A stretch of 64,000 bases of DNA, taken from the NCBI GenBank assembly GCA_030141605.1, contig JAQGDQ010002371.1, positions 434,001 to 498,000 on the forward strand. The letters are read 5' to 3'. Shown piece after piece: positions 1-13,772 of this stretch. The DNA is from Tubiluchus corallicola. Its lineage: Eukaryota > Animalia > Priapulida. The translations under genes and the position numbers were made by a program. Within the stretch, counting starts at the first letter, position 1. Each line of letters starts with the position of its first letter. The notes under the pieces are model-generated. The model was not told where the DNA came from and made no database searches. It saw nothing but the letters and a program-made list of their open reading frames with translations.

Positions 1-850
1 AAACTGAACTGTATTTAAAAATTCGAAGCAAATTAGAAAATTCAAGGCATGGCAATTTAATTCCAGCAGCAAGAGAACAAGCAGGCCTAAGATCGACTAG
101 AAAGAAAGAAAAATATATTGAAGCAAAATAAGCAAAATGTAGAATTGATAGATGTTATACATCACCTTTACAATATTTAACTAGATTACTCAACGGCAAA
201 CATTAAAGAAAATCAAGTGAAATTGTTTGGAAAATTTTATTAATTTTTTTTAATGGCTGACATGCATAACTCGTATTTGAACTGATATATGATTGTTTCT
301 TTCAAACATGTACTTTTATGAAAGCTGTGTGGAAAATTAATATTGTTTAGCAAATTATTGTAGCCTTTTAATTTTATTTATTTACTTTACAATCTGTAAA
401 TACCACAGTAAAATTCAGTTTTTTAACTGTAATCAGGGTTTGTTTTAATAAACTTACTTACTTACTTATTAATAGCTTCAAATTGCAAAATATTTTCTTT
501 GTAAAAAAATAATGCCAAATTTTGAAACAGTCGGCACTTTTACCCTTCGAAATAGGAATGTGATGGCAAAAAACAAACAAACAAACATGAGCTTAGTGAT
601 ATGGATATAGACCAGAAAGGAGAACAGCATTTTAACTAAACAGTAATTTTTAGTTAACTACCGAGATTGTGCAAAAAAAAACAATAGCTTCCCAAAATAA
701 AAGCAACTGAAAGGCTTACGAATCGTCAAAGATGAATCACTCACTAGCCCTCAAAATACAGCAATTAAGAAAAATGGTTCCCACAAAAAAGACAAGCCTT
801 TCTTTCTGCCACATCTCTACATACACTTTCAAGAAATAAAAACAACATAC

Positions 851-3800
851 TCAGATAATCTAGTGCTTAAACCACCAGAATGATGAATGTCAAACCATCC
901 TATCTGTTGCCGCATGACGGCCTCAAAAAACTTCACTCGAATCACATTTATTTGCCTTTCAGCTGCCATAGCCCAGAATGAAACCTGTCATAAAATACAA
1001 ATTTATTTCAAGGCATCCTAAATCACAAATAGACTTTTTAACAATTACTCTACAATTATTGCTTACATTTTTATAATTAAAGATCCTGATTATAATTATA
1101 CTACCATCTGTACCTATAAGTATACTATTTCTTTATGAAGATAGATAAGAACAGACTAGATGACATCAGTAAGCTGATGCAGTCTTGGGTATGCTGACGA
1201 AAAATAGTAAACGTAAAAGTACAGCAAACTAAACATTTTTGCTACTTTAATAAAATAAAGTAATCTTAATATATCTAATTTATCTATTGGCAATTAAACA
1301 GGCACCAAATTATGGATAAGCTTGTTCAATCTTAAGAAGTGCTAGTGTAACTCTTGATGTGCACCTGCATGTAGCCAAAAAGTAAAACACCCGCTCCAAT
1401 GGCGGCATAGTAAATGGAGAACATTCTCATCTGATCCATCAATGCATCTGAACCACAAATTTCATCCGGCTCATACGGTAGCTGACTGGTAAGATTTGCT
1501 GGCAGAGTGTCATACAACGAAGAATTTAGAAACTTATCCACACATGAACAATCATCTGCTGCCAGATTACATCCAAAAAGTTCGTTAAACCATTCTACAG
1601 ATCTAAGAATATACAAAAATGCATCAATGTTTAACTGAAAGCCCAACTAAAACAGAAATGTCTGAGAAAATGAAAATTGAGAAACGGTACTGCTGCGTGA
1701 CATTGGCAATGAAGGACAAAGCCTCGATAAATTTTTAGTTCACAGTTTTAAATTTCAATTTTATCCAACGCTAATGTGTGATTTCACAAAATTGCCTTGG
1801 CATTATGACTGGGTTTAGCTTCTGCTACTCCAGTATAGCACTTACTTTTGCACAATGAGTTTCCATGAGGCAGGCACTTTTGTCTAACTAAACAGGTATT
1901 GGCGATATGATGCAATACTAAAATTAGATTTCACAATATTTCTTAAGCATAAGTCATTCTTAGAAAACAAAACATTTTTTCTCTTTTAGCATTTTAGAAT
2001 GTAAATTATTTATGTAAATGTAAGAATGTAAGTCATTTATCTATATAGCATGCTGATACGAAGTGCTTCAGTATTAAGATATAATTGTTTGGTGATAATT
2101 ACAACTGGCAAGCAAGAAATAAGTTAATGCATCATTTTTGGACGATGAAGTAATAATTTAATAAAAATGTAAAGTCTGTCAAAATAGCATGAAGTCTCTT
2201 CTATGGTTACAGTTATTTTATTATAGTAATTATAACTATACATTATAAGGACTAAATTGCTTACCTCTCACCTCTTTATTTGATGTTTTTAAAAGTATAA
2301 TAATTAGCACTCATACAGCACACATAAGTGTAGCTGCAGCCTGCTCTATAAAGATGTGTATCAAATACCTGTTGCGCGATTCAAGACCTTCGACCAAATA
2401 GTCTACTAAATTTGGCCATATTTCATTTAGTACAAAGGAGTCAGTCATATCTCCAAAAACAATAACCATCAAAGGTAAAGCTGCTCCATGGCATAATGCT
2501 CCAAAAGTGCCCAAAAACATGAACAACTTGTCCCACACATCAGCAAAACGAAACTATAACAAATTACAAAAAAAAAACACAAATAAAAGCTTGCTAGACA
2601 TTATTTATTATTTTACTTGGCCATTTTATGCAACAAAGTTAGCAAATACAGGGAAAATTTTACTTTAAAAATGATTAGCGGTAACTGCTAATCAAAATCT
2701 ATTTTGTATAGTAAGTTTTTTGTGCAGCATTTTTCAAAACAAGTAACTGTTATTACTTCTGCTTGCAAATTCGCATTTATTATGATAGGTTAATACTACA
2801 CACATTAATGCAATAAAAAATGCAAAAAACAATAATTGATCTAGAAACATGATTATAAAATTATTTAAGATCGTTCTGTGAGGATCTTAAGGCGATTTTA
2901 AAAAATTTCGTAAATTTGTAATGTTCGAAGACCTTTTCAAGTGTTTCTGCACTTTTGTAAACAAATGGCAACAAATGCACAGCAATCAGCTGAAATTACG
3001 TAGCAAAATGCTATGGGCTACCACATAACATTTTCACTGCAAATACACGAGACAATCACAAGCGCTTACACATAACTCTATAGAAGTCTCGCTCTTAACC
3101 AGTGCATTTATAAAATAGTAGAAAACTAATGACATTGATTTACACTTTCTTTATAGGCAATACATTGTCCAAACTAGAAATTTACAATATTTTTTATGAA
3201 CAATATACCTATTGTATATTTCAATTATTTAGTTATGTACACAAGTTTAAAAACACACATAGTAGAACATTTTCTTAATTTGTTTGGTGTCGCAACACCT
3301 CCAAAATCTGTAGAACTAAAAGAGACAGTGTCCTTAGATTGGGTTAGAAACATCTAATACTAACAGTTACTATCCTAGCACTAAGCAGAATTGACACTGC
3401 ACTATTTTAGACCTCTTCTAACTGACATATGAGCTACAGTTATTAAATGTGTTACAGTGAGCATCAAAACTTTTCTATTCAACACGTAAATGTTTAGTGA
3501 CACACTAAAGAGTAAGTGCAATAAATATGCATCATAGTGATTAACCTTTGCATCATTTAATAAATATGTACATGTCCAAATAAGTTGGAAGTTCTCTACG
3601 ATTTTTGTACAATGTGATCCGTAAAAAGTAATGAATTGTACATCTTGATGAAAGTGACCATGAATGTCCCTAACACTAGAATAATTCTTATTTAGTGGTT
3701 TATTTATTTTATTAGGTTACTCAATTACAGTTGCAAAATTTCATAATATTCTAAATGGCTTATACTAGGCACCATTGGATTTTTGCAATTATTGTAAAAA

Positions 3801-5347
3801 TTAAATCACAGTAGTAATCAAAAACATAAAAACTGCTCAATGCTCACTTAGGAAACGTTTTTCAACCTAAAATATAAGGCCAGATAGCTACAAAATGTTT
3901 CACCAAATACAATAATTCATTTAGCATTACAAACAGAGAAGCTTAACTAAAGAACGTTAATGATGTCTTTAGTTTTATAATTGAAATATCGATAACTAGT
4001 TCATCAGTTTCCCTACTTAAAAACATGGGTGTCTGTGATGACGAAGATGTGCTGCACATGTTTCCATGCGTACAGGGTGCCCAAAGTGAAACAAGTCACA
4101 ATGACGTTTGTTCAATGACTGTACTACATTGTTACTGTTCTCCCATGTTGTCATCACTCTTCAGTTGAAATTTATTTTTTGCAAATGGCAAGCAAATTGA
4201 TGCCACCCTGATGTGTTCTGACCAGCGAGTTTTCTCTTCAAGTAACTTGCCAAGCAAATCGTAAGCGAATTCAGACTAAAGAGCAAAACTTACTGTCAGA
4301 CACTCACTTCTCTATTTGCTGACAGAAGGGTTGAGCGTAATTCACAGAGGCATTCACACTAAACAGTAACTTTAAAGAAATCAATTCGTAGCAACTGTCA
4401 GGGAGCTTGAAATTTCTTGCTGACTGTAACTCACAATGTAGAACTTTCACACTTGTGAGTTTACTTTCAAAAAGAAAACTCACTAGTCTGAATGCACCAT
4501 TGGCAAATGAAACTAACAAAAGTTGTCCTACAAGCTAGTGACTTGGCAGTCATTGTCAGTTCTCTTTTACTTTTTGAAAGGGGCAATTAGAACAATTAAG
4601 ACTAGGGATATAATTAGATTTAGACTGCCATAACTACAAGCACATAAAACGAAAATGTATATTTACCAAATGAAAAACCCCCACTGGCACCACGTCTTCT
4701 TTTTTTTCTTCTTTTTCTTCCTTGTCGTTTTCTTTTTCAGCAGGAGTCCCAGAAGGAGCCACCTTTCCGGGCCCATTTTTTAAAGGCATCTTTTCCGGGG
4801 TGCTGAAAAGACTGCTCGTCTGAGAAGGGGTGTTAATAGGACTGCAAATAAGTGACATCATTAACACGATGCAGGCAAATTTACTGTTTGAATCACAATA
4901 TTCAAAATGATTAGTTTTGATCATTTTATCAAAAAATTCTTGCAGTTAATTAATTATGAAGCACACTTTCTTTAGTTTAAAAACTTTTTCAAAACTTTTT
5001 AATTTAGTATAGTTTACTCACTAATTGCTAGCAGTATCGTACAATGTAAGTGGAAGGGCTGAACATACACAACCATTAATTATATGTACTTCAAACTCTT
5101 TCTTTTAAGCTTTATTTCAATTGTACCATTTAGGTTTATAAGTATAGTTGAATTTAATTTACAGTTGCGAATTTGTTATACTAATTGCTTTTTACTAAAT
5201 TTCATATATATCATGCATGACAAATAAAGATGACTATTATTTTATGTATGTATTATTTCAATAAATCGCGCTTTACCTGTAATTAGAGCCATTCATCAAT
5301 TTTTCACCTGGCGGTTCTTCTGAATTCAACGCACTTATAGTCGACAT
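851..5347 (-). CDS. ABCB1: ABCB1/MDR1-like (P-glycoprotein family) ABC transporter, 5' five coding exons; the gene continues beyond window position 1
   Basis: Phase-consistent GT-AG exons: 5347-5277 ([23 protein letters not shown]), 4841-4667 (...[16 protein letters not shown]), 2553-2369 ([40 protein letters not shown]...), 1602-1365 (...[22 protein letters not shown]), 984-851 ([44 protein letters not shown]). The motifs match TM1, TM2 and ICL1 of the ABCB1/4/5/11 full transporters. Exact paralogue and start codon are less certain. Confidence 0.92.
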
Positions 5348-7069
5348 ACTTTCTTGCTGGTTAAACCCCTAAAAATGTTGTGCCGCACTGCAAAAGATAT
5401 GGTTATTACATAAAGACCAGCAAAACGTAAGCTCATTGCTCTTCCGTGGCGCAATAACACACCACAGAATTCAATGGAAAAGTCACGCTTTGCTGGCTAG
5501 TGGCCGGTATGTTACTGAGAAGCTGGCACTCGCCAGACAACTGTCAACAACATATTCCTTTATGCAGGACCTTATTTGATTTCATGTGAATGAATTTTAC
5601 GAAGGTAGATGTCTCTACCTAAAACAAGTTTTTAATTTGGCAAAATAAAGCAGGGTTGTCCAGATAATGAAATCGTACAGTTGTCCGCTGGATGACCGCC
5701 GTATGCAAGGAGGCGTTTGTCAAAAAAGTGAAAGCACCACGCAAGAAAATAACTTACATTTTCATGATCCCTAACACGCCGATTACAGTTTACACACCAG
5801 ATTAGCCGCGTTTCTCTAGTCGTAAAATAACAACGATCAAATTATTTTCAATTACTATATAAAACTAATTATATAGCTAATAAAATTGAGCTAAAACACC
5901 ATTCAGTGCATAGGCTCACATCAGTAAGCCAACGTGTCGATGAATAAGTATTTCTTATCTCTAATCTTATTGCATTCGAGTGCAAAATTGTGTCGTGTAA
6001 AGCCTAATACAATAATTTTATTAATGTACTTGCACTAGCTCTGTGTTCAAAGTCCAAGTAGTTTGCACTACTAAATACGGTATTGCTGTAAACTGTAAAA
6101 TACAGGTGATCTCATTTCAACTAAAAATCATTAAACTGTACTGCAACTAGGCTGCAAATTAATTATATGAAAGGTATCTCTATTTGATCAAAGTTTAACC
6201 AGCTGTAGAATGGTTACCAAGGCCAGCCACCGTTCAAAGTTTACAAGAAGCCATTATACATGTGCGTATAGACAAGTCATCAATACATGTACTGACATCA
6301 GCATCTGTATTCTACAGTCAGGCAGAGTGAAAAGTGAAAGCCGATGAAATGAAAATCACGCTCAAGTAAAACTCACTCTCGAGTTGTTGATTTGTTAAAC
6401 ACGTCACTCTACGTTAACACGTAACAGCTAACATTCTACATTAGCAAAACTGAAAAACCCGTTTCGTCTATTACGGATAAACTGCGTCTGTTTTAGTACA
6501 GCTTTAATGTCAACATAGTAACTGGTAAAATTATTGTTGTCATTGTGACAACGTACAGCATCGCGTTCAATACTGCGTACACACGCAATTTATATTGCTG
6601 AGCTAGTGGTAGTATTTAGTATCTAAAGTTAGTTGAGCGAGTTCTTGTGAGTATGATTTTAATTTGTGTAAAATAGCCAGCGTAATTCATTTCACATCAA
6701 ATGTACTTTTATGAAAGCCAAGTTTTAGCCTTCACATTAAACCTGCTTTCGTTAGCTATCACCATGGTAACGTTGCACAAATTTCACTGTACAATGCCAG
6801 TCTGCGAATACGTTTACAATTATTATACTTCTCTTAGCTCCTTCAATACATCAAACGTACAATTGTAGATTTTGCCCCGTAAACTGAAAGCTAACGAGAT
6901 GTAAACACTCTCTCCATTACTGTGAACACGGATGAAGTTGTTGCTTAAGCTGAACAAATTCTTTCACCACCAAAAATAGCCTAAGAAATTACAACAGTCA
7001 ACAAAAAAATAAATAAAGATGCCTTCAACCAACACTTCCGTACAGTATCTTTCTCTTTACAAGACAGAG

Positions 7070-7145
7070 GAACCGCCCAGCTGTACTCCAGAGGAACCTT
7101 TCTGACCTTTCCTCATCATGATTGGATGGTTAGTATAATTGGATG
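7070..7145 (-). promoter_or_regulatory. Possible ABCB1 proximal promoter (two CCAAT boxes plus a GC-box-like motif)
   Basis: ATTGG at about 7121 and 7138 (CCAAT on the minus strand) and CCGCCC at about 7073, roughly 1.7 kb upstream of the putative ATG exon, which itself has an upstream splice acceptor. Inference only. Confidence 0.25.
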
Positions 7146-8006
7146 GCCAGTGGGTTGACGAAGCCCTGTTAAAACTTATGTACAACTTTTGTCATACTCA
7201 GCATCATCACTTCAAAACTAGTGGCAACTATATATTTTGATTCACTGCACGATTGGAATGTATTAGGACAAATTAAAATTTGCTAATGCGTACCTGGTTT
7301 TTTTACATATTAGCTTAGAATTTCGGCTATTCTTTTGCACCTGTTTCACTTCTAAATATAAATAATACTGCATCATATTAGATCAGATACAGCAGCAAAC
7401 ACAAATATGCCAATTCCTTCCCCTCCCCCACCCCTAATACAGCTGTGGAAATCAGCTTACTAAATCAATAGATTCCAAACGTGCATCATTCATTAATATT
7501 GTTTCATAAAATCTCAGGATGTTATTATTAGCTTATATAGTAGGGTTCCTTATGTCCGATATATGGTTCCAGTGGCATTTCTGTGCGAAATTTATTGAAA
7601 GTAAAGAATTGTGACTCACAGTCCAGAAAAATTGGGTGCCATTTGCAATTGGGCCCCAGATCAAAGAAAAGCCCCATGCTGACTATTAAGACACACCAGT
7701 AATTGCACTAGAAGGTATTTTTATGGTTCTGAATATTAATTTGATATTAGTTTCTTCATAAGGACGGACCCAATTGCCCTAGCAACCCACTTTACGGTAT
7801 TCCTTCTGGCCCGAAAGTATGGCACGCCCGACTTATTTAGTGTACAAATCTGAAATTTACTAGAATGGGTTATTTTAGAATGCTGAATACAAACAATGAA
7901 CTTAGTTTTTCTGTGTGGATGGATCTGTTTGCCCAGACGCCGATCTTATAGGGTTTTCCGGGAACCAAAATAGGACAAATCGTAACATTAAGCACATTCC
8001 TAAATA

Positions 8007-8700
8007 TTGCCAGAAAGGATTTTTCGGCCATTTACTGGGACCAATGCAACCAAAATAAAAGCAAGTACTTTAAAACACTGTAAAGAACATCCATTCAGCC
8101 ACAATATCAAATTGATGAACTTAGTCTCAAAAATGGCTGCGCCTGATGAAATTAAACAAGATATCCACTGGCATGACGAAAAAGGTAAAGCTAAGCTTAA
8201 AGATATGGTTTCATTCAGATTGACGATGTTCATTGCTGTTAAGTCGATTTGGGATAATATTGAAAAGATGAAGTTGAAAGTTCTCGGCACAAGTCAAAAG
8301 AAGATTGCATGCAAAGTTCAGGAGAAGGTTGCGAAGTTCCGACAACTGTTGGCTCGCTTTTTAGTTGTACAACAGTCAAGCCCTGAACTCCGAGAAACAT
8401 TAGGTGACACCACTAGCAGTTTGAGTTCTCTGTTATTCCAAAGTCCTTGTTTCCTGATGGAAAACTTCTAATTCCTATGTATAAAAGTTCTTTCATTATG
8501 CTTTTTTAGAATTTCATTGCAAAAGGAAAAGATGTTACAAGGTACCTTTCAGTGAATGAGCCAAGAACAAAGTGTGCATTATCAATGCTATGGCTGTTGT
8601 CCAATGATGTTAAGAAAGAGCCTAGCAAGGAAACCTTTGCTTTGTGCAAAGATGTGATAAGATCATGAAAGCTTACAAAAAACTCTAAAATCTCAGACAA
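8007..8700 (+). mobile_element. Decayed fragment of an Academ(X)-like DNA transposon ORF (region before and including the start of the XPG/PIN-like nuclease domain)
   Basis: The ORF gives RQLLARFLVVQQSSPELRETLG. After a frameshift the sequence reads QFEFSVIPKSLFPDGKLLIPMYKSS, then KVCIINAMAVVQ*. I recognise these as the FARxLVVxxSRP / EFSVVPRSLFxxDG / IIDxMAxVQ motif series of this family. Frameshifts and stops are present. Confidence 0.6.
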
Positions 8701-11332
8701 GTCGGTTACTTAGTGTACAGAGTTCAATTTTAGTTTGTTAAGATAATTATTTTGTTGCTTCGTTGGGTTTAATTCAAATTACTATTACCATAGCAACTGT
8801 TTTTTATTACTTTGTGGCACCGAGATTCATAAAAAAGGAAAAAATAATAATAATAACTATTATTATAGAAATATGAATGATATTACAGAAACTGTACATC
8901 CTTACTACTTGTTTCAAATTATTGCAAGTTTTACTAAAACATCACATATTGCTACAGAATTTTTTTTTTAAATTGAGTATCCAAATGTTTACAAAGGGGT
9001 TTACAGTCACGTGGTCTTGTGCATACGTTTCTTGTGAATGGCTCCTGACTGCCTGAATTTGCTTAGATGGGTAACTTAATTCACCACACTGATTCTGGCT
9101 GTTTAACTGTCTGTTTACAGTAATCCCAACATGGCTAAAATACTTTGGCCATTTCAGTGGCTCATCTTAGGAGGATATCCTTGATCAGCCAGGCTCCCGT
9201 CATGCCACAAATGTCAACTTTAAGTAGACCCTGCATTTAAATGCTGGATTTTGGCTTCTAGAGTATTTCTTTATGAACAGGGCGACCGAATGGTTGCAGA
9301 ATAATGTTTGTTTCAAGAAAATGAGTGGATTAGCTTACGTTAGGTATTACTTGCCACAATGCATGGCAGTTTCGCGGCAAGGGTGGCAAAGAATCGGAAA
9401 AAACTGACCATTTCACTTTTTGGCTGTACATTGTCAACAAATATCCGATTCATGAAACACATGCCATGAAATGCTGTGTAATTTGTTTAATAAGTGTGCC
9501 ACAATTTTCTATTTATAAGTTTACTGATAGAAGAATAAAATAGATAAAACAGCAAATAAAGTTTTAGTGTGAAAATTATAGTTCTTTTGCGATGATAAAA
9601 GTTATGAAGAAATCTGTAACAACAAAATACACTGTGGGACGAAACTTAAAGGAAGACCGGACGATTGTTCAGACTTAATCTCATGTTAATTTACTGTCCA
9701 AAATATACAATTTCTTGCCTACAAAAGTTAACAATTGTTCCTTATATTTGAATAATTGGCTTAGAAAGTTAATTAACGGCAACCGCACACAGCTATTGCT
9801 TACGTCAGAAACTAACACACAGTTTGTGCAATGGCAGGCGTCTTCCCTTGCGCATCAAGCCCATTTGCATAAGTGTTACAATACTATTTAAACGCATGAT
9901 GTCCCGAAAAGGGCTTTACATCATGTGACATCAGAAACTAACACTGCAGTTCATGTGATCATGCTTATCACGGTTCCGCCTTCTATTTGTTGGCCACGCG
10001 AATGTGACAAAAAGGCGCCGCTGCCAATCTTAGTAGATTCATTGAGCCGCACGTAGCTTTGAAAGTTTAAGGAAATTTGAGTATCCTAGGTAATTATTAT
10101 TTAATCTAAGCTTTGATTTAAAAAAAAGCTTTTGTAGTTTTCAAATTTTCGAGTATTCTTTATTGTGAACTAATGCTTACACAATCATCCGGTTGTACTT
10201 TAAATATCGGCAACAGAATTGAACCTCAACTCATTTTCACTTCATTTTAAAAAATGAATCAAATCCGAATCTCACATTTTTGTAATTTCCGAAACTGAAT
10301 CAAATCCGAATCTTCAATTCACTTAAATTCTAATATCAGAGTGAAATCCAAAAATTTTAGCTTGATGTAAGTTCGTTTTGGCATCCGTGCATTGTTAGAT
10401 GCAATAGATTTTATTTGTTGAAATTAATGATCTTGCCAAAACACAATAAAGTTTTTAAATCCAGATTTTGTTTTAGCCTTGTCTATGTTCAGCTTGCTTA
10501 GATTTTTATTTATTTATCTTAAAATGTGTTCGTACTATGTACAAAGAATTCCAAAAACTTTTGGTGTATTAAATTACGAATGCATTTTCTTATTCAAAAC
10601 GAAATCTTGCGCAAGTTGCACCATTGTCGCATAAGACGCGAAAATAGGACTACCACGTGTATCAACATCCTGGAAGTGGCGACAGATACATGCATACATA
10701 CATTACATAGACGTTTATTTTCTCCAATAAACATATCACAGATGGATAGACAAATACACAGACGGGGCGATAATTCTACAGTTGCCAATTTCGTTGGGGC
10801 AACTATAATAATTTCTCAGTCGTCAGTTCATAATAATAACTAACACCATACTCGAGTCATGCTCATACGTATAGCCTATGATAGGACTAGTCCTAAGCCA
10901 CTGTCAAATTTTTAATGAAGCGACCGCAAAATTAATTACTTTCGAAACATAATACTGTAGTAGTATATTTACCCTTTTCGCTCAAGTTTCTTGGCGCAAA
11001 GTTTAAATTTAATGATTTTCCACTTTCACTTTCTTTACCGGGCTATTTTTGACGAATGACTCAGTCAGCTTACAGAGTGACGTAAACTTTCAATGGGCAA
11101 AATCTTGCGTTATGCATATCCATGGTCAGAGCTCATGTGACCCAATGAAGGACGAACTTTGATTTAACAATAATTAGGAACTAAGTTTCTAACACGCAAA
11201 ATCAACGAATCATATTACAACATTTTTATTTAAAAAAATCAGCCTTTCTGATGAAATCCGCATCAAGTCTACTTTGCATCCCCTATGTTATCACTGTGAG
11301 TAAAATAACACCAAAATGAACTCGCTGAGGAG

Positions 11333-11699
11333 TAGAGGTGAGCACCAAACGTTCGAGTTTGATTCGAACTTAAAATTATAGATTCGAATAATTCAGCACT
11401 TCAGTCATATGCGTTCTATTTCATTAAAATGTTTGAAACAGCATCAATTAACACAATTTAGCTGCAGTTTTTGTGCAAAATTTTCAACAGAATAATAGTG
11501 GTTTTGCTGCACAACAAAATCAAGTAATATGCATAATGTAAGACCACTTTTTACTTCAGCTTCAAAAACTTGTTCGAAAATCTTTCAAACTCTTTCATAA
11601 TTCGATTCGAATTTGAAATACTGATATTTGGTTCAACTCGAATTCAAAAGTCACGAATTTGACTCGAATTTGCTTTCTAGTAGAAAATGCTCACCCCTA
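11333..11699. mobile_element. hAT-like MITE, copy 1 of an adjacent pair
   Basis: TIRs TAGAGGTGAGCA...TGCTCACCCCTA, internal TTCGAA-rich subterminal repeats, and CTGAGGAG on both flanks. Confidence 0.6.
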
Positions 11700-11741
11700 A
11701 GTCTGAGGAGTGGCAAAAATTCAGTCGATCAGATTACATGG

Positions 11742-12075
11742 CAGGGATGAACATCAAACGTTCGAATCGAATGAGTTTTTTTATTGCAAATTTGATTTGA
11801 ACCTAAATTATAGATTTGAATAGCTCAACACTTCAGCCCCATACGTTTCTTTATCAATAAAATGTTTGAAACAGCATGCAATTAGCACAATTGAGCTTGC
11901 AGTTTTTGTGCAAAAATTTTAGCAAACTAATAGTGGTTTTACTGCAAAACAAAATCAATTAATATGCATGATCTTTGTAAAACCGCTTTTCACTACTGAT
12001 CCGAAAAATTGTTCAAAAATGTTTCAAACTGAATTCGAATTTTAAATAGTGAAAGGTAGAAAATGCTTATTCCTA
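11742..12075. mobile_element. hAT-like MITE, diverged copy 2
   Basis: CAGGGATGAACA...TGCTTATTCCTA. The interior aligns with 11333-11699. Degenerate 8-bp flanks TTACATGG/TTACACAG. Confidence 0.55.
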
Positions 12076-12380
12076 TTACACAGCTTGTCGTTTTTGACAA
12101 GTTGACAACCAAAATAATGCTTCATAGTAGTAGTAATAAAATTTTATTTTCGGTCAGCTAGTAGTAATTTAACATGAAACATTAGCTAAAACACTATTAT
12201 TACTCCACTGATAATTAGTAGTTAAAATTTTAGCAAAGTCTTAATATGGCTCAGAGCAGATATATATCTATGGTCACAACGATGGTCTCAACTGTGCAAC
12301 AAAGGTTGCTTGTTGCTTACAATGAATTTCTAGGTGTTGGGAGCAAAATACAGCAGTAGCCCGAGTAAAGAGTAGAACGC

Positions 12381-13048
12381 GTCGTACATGGGCTAGCCTC
12401 CAAGTAAGACGCGTCGTACATGGGCTGCCCAAGTAGGACACTAGAGACAGGTCACGAATTGAGTCCTTAACCGTACTGGCAGCGTCCGTTGTCTTTGTGT
12501 ATTTAATAATAATAAAACATCAATACACGTAATGAATAATGAATATATACATATAATGAATAATTTATTATACATTTGATAAAATAAAAGAATCTTATTT
12601 GTGCAAGAAGAATGGCCAATATTAAATTTGGCTTCGATATTAATCTTTTTGAAGTGAAATAAGCCCGCTTTCTAGGCGATTCCAACATCTGCTTAACATA
12701 ATTATCATTTATTATTTTGTCTTGCTTCACAGACAGGTGATCCGTTTTACTACCTCTTGGGAAAATAATTGTTTTCTACTATGTAAACGGGCTAGCAAGC
12801 TATGTGCACTACATAGTTTCTCTCTTTAAAGCATTAGATACTTAGGTTAATGTTAGGATGATATTAATGGAGCTAATAATAATGATGATATTATTGCAAA
12901 CAATACATTTTTAAATCGTCAAGGACTATTCATCGTTATTATAAAGTTACTTTTTTCTAAAACAAATTTAGTTTTATGTTTATTATGTCGTAATTCTCGA
13001 TTCTCGACAGAAATCGCCAGTGCCCAACTTGGGCTGCCCATGTACGAC
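12381..13048. mobile_element. TIR element (MITE) remnant
   Basis: GTCGTACATGGGCTGCCCAAGTAGGACACT at 12413, with a tandem partial copy at 12381, is inverted relative to AGTGCCCAACTTGGGCTGCCCATGTACGAC ending at 13048. Confidence 0.55.
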
Positions 13049-13646
13049 ACTGCTTTTCTGCAAATTTTACACGTGGGGCTTAACGAAAGTGTCTTACCTC
13101 GGCTAACTTCGTACTCGGCGCCCTACATAAGGACTTGAAAAGCGAGAGCGGCAAAAACTAAAGAAGTTTGTTTCACGAAATTCGACAAAAATTCTCGCAA
13201 TGTGTGATATGTTTTCGTTTCAAACGTTTTTAAGGTACATAAACTACGTTAAAGGAAAAGCTACAGGTCTCGGGAAATTGAGCTTATTTTGGACAAGCAT
13301 GAGAAAGTTGCAGCAGTAAAACTGTGAAAAACGCCTCCTGTAATTAGTAAAATCAATTAACTTCTTCACGACCGTGGGATTTTATTGCATTCAGCATGGG
13401 TTCATGAAAAACCGTTCTCACCAAGCAACGACTGCATTGTAATTATTTTCATTTTTGTATATCTCACACAATGGCCATTCATACAAAATCAAATTGAAAC
13501 GCATTGCATTTTTTAATTACTATTAATTATTATTAATTAGTATTAAAAATCGATTTTTGGAAATCAAATTGAGAAAACTTTTCAGCTATTACATTGTTTT
13601 GCACAATAACAACGTACAACGTCACTTGCTTGAAATCCACTAATTA

Positions 13647-13688
13647 ATGCAGAACAATACACGGATACACCTTGGCCTCAATTCTACT
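13647..13688 (+). CDS. BBS12: Candidate first coding exon of BBS12 (MQNNTRIHLGLNST)
   Basis: Resembles the vertebrate BBS12 N-terminal RRHMGL motif and ends at a GT. It is phase 0 while the 15052 exon is phase 2, so a linking exon is needed, and I could not identify one. Confidence 0.3.
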
Positions 13689-13772
13689 GTATTTTGAAGG
13701 AAAAAAATTGTTGCCATAGATGAGACGACCTTAGTTGAATAGTTGTGTTTCTGTTTGGAGTACCAACAGTTA

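Noticed and set aside
1-100. Next ABCB1 exon at the strong-looking acceptor near 97
   Set aside because: In the required phase it gives an immediate stop and lacks the expected D-x-x-K-I-x-x-G-I-G-D-K motif.
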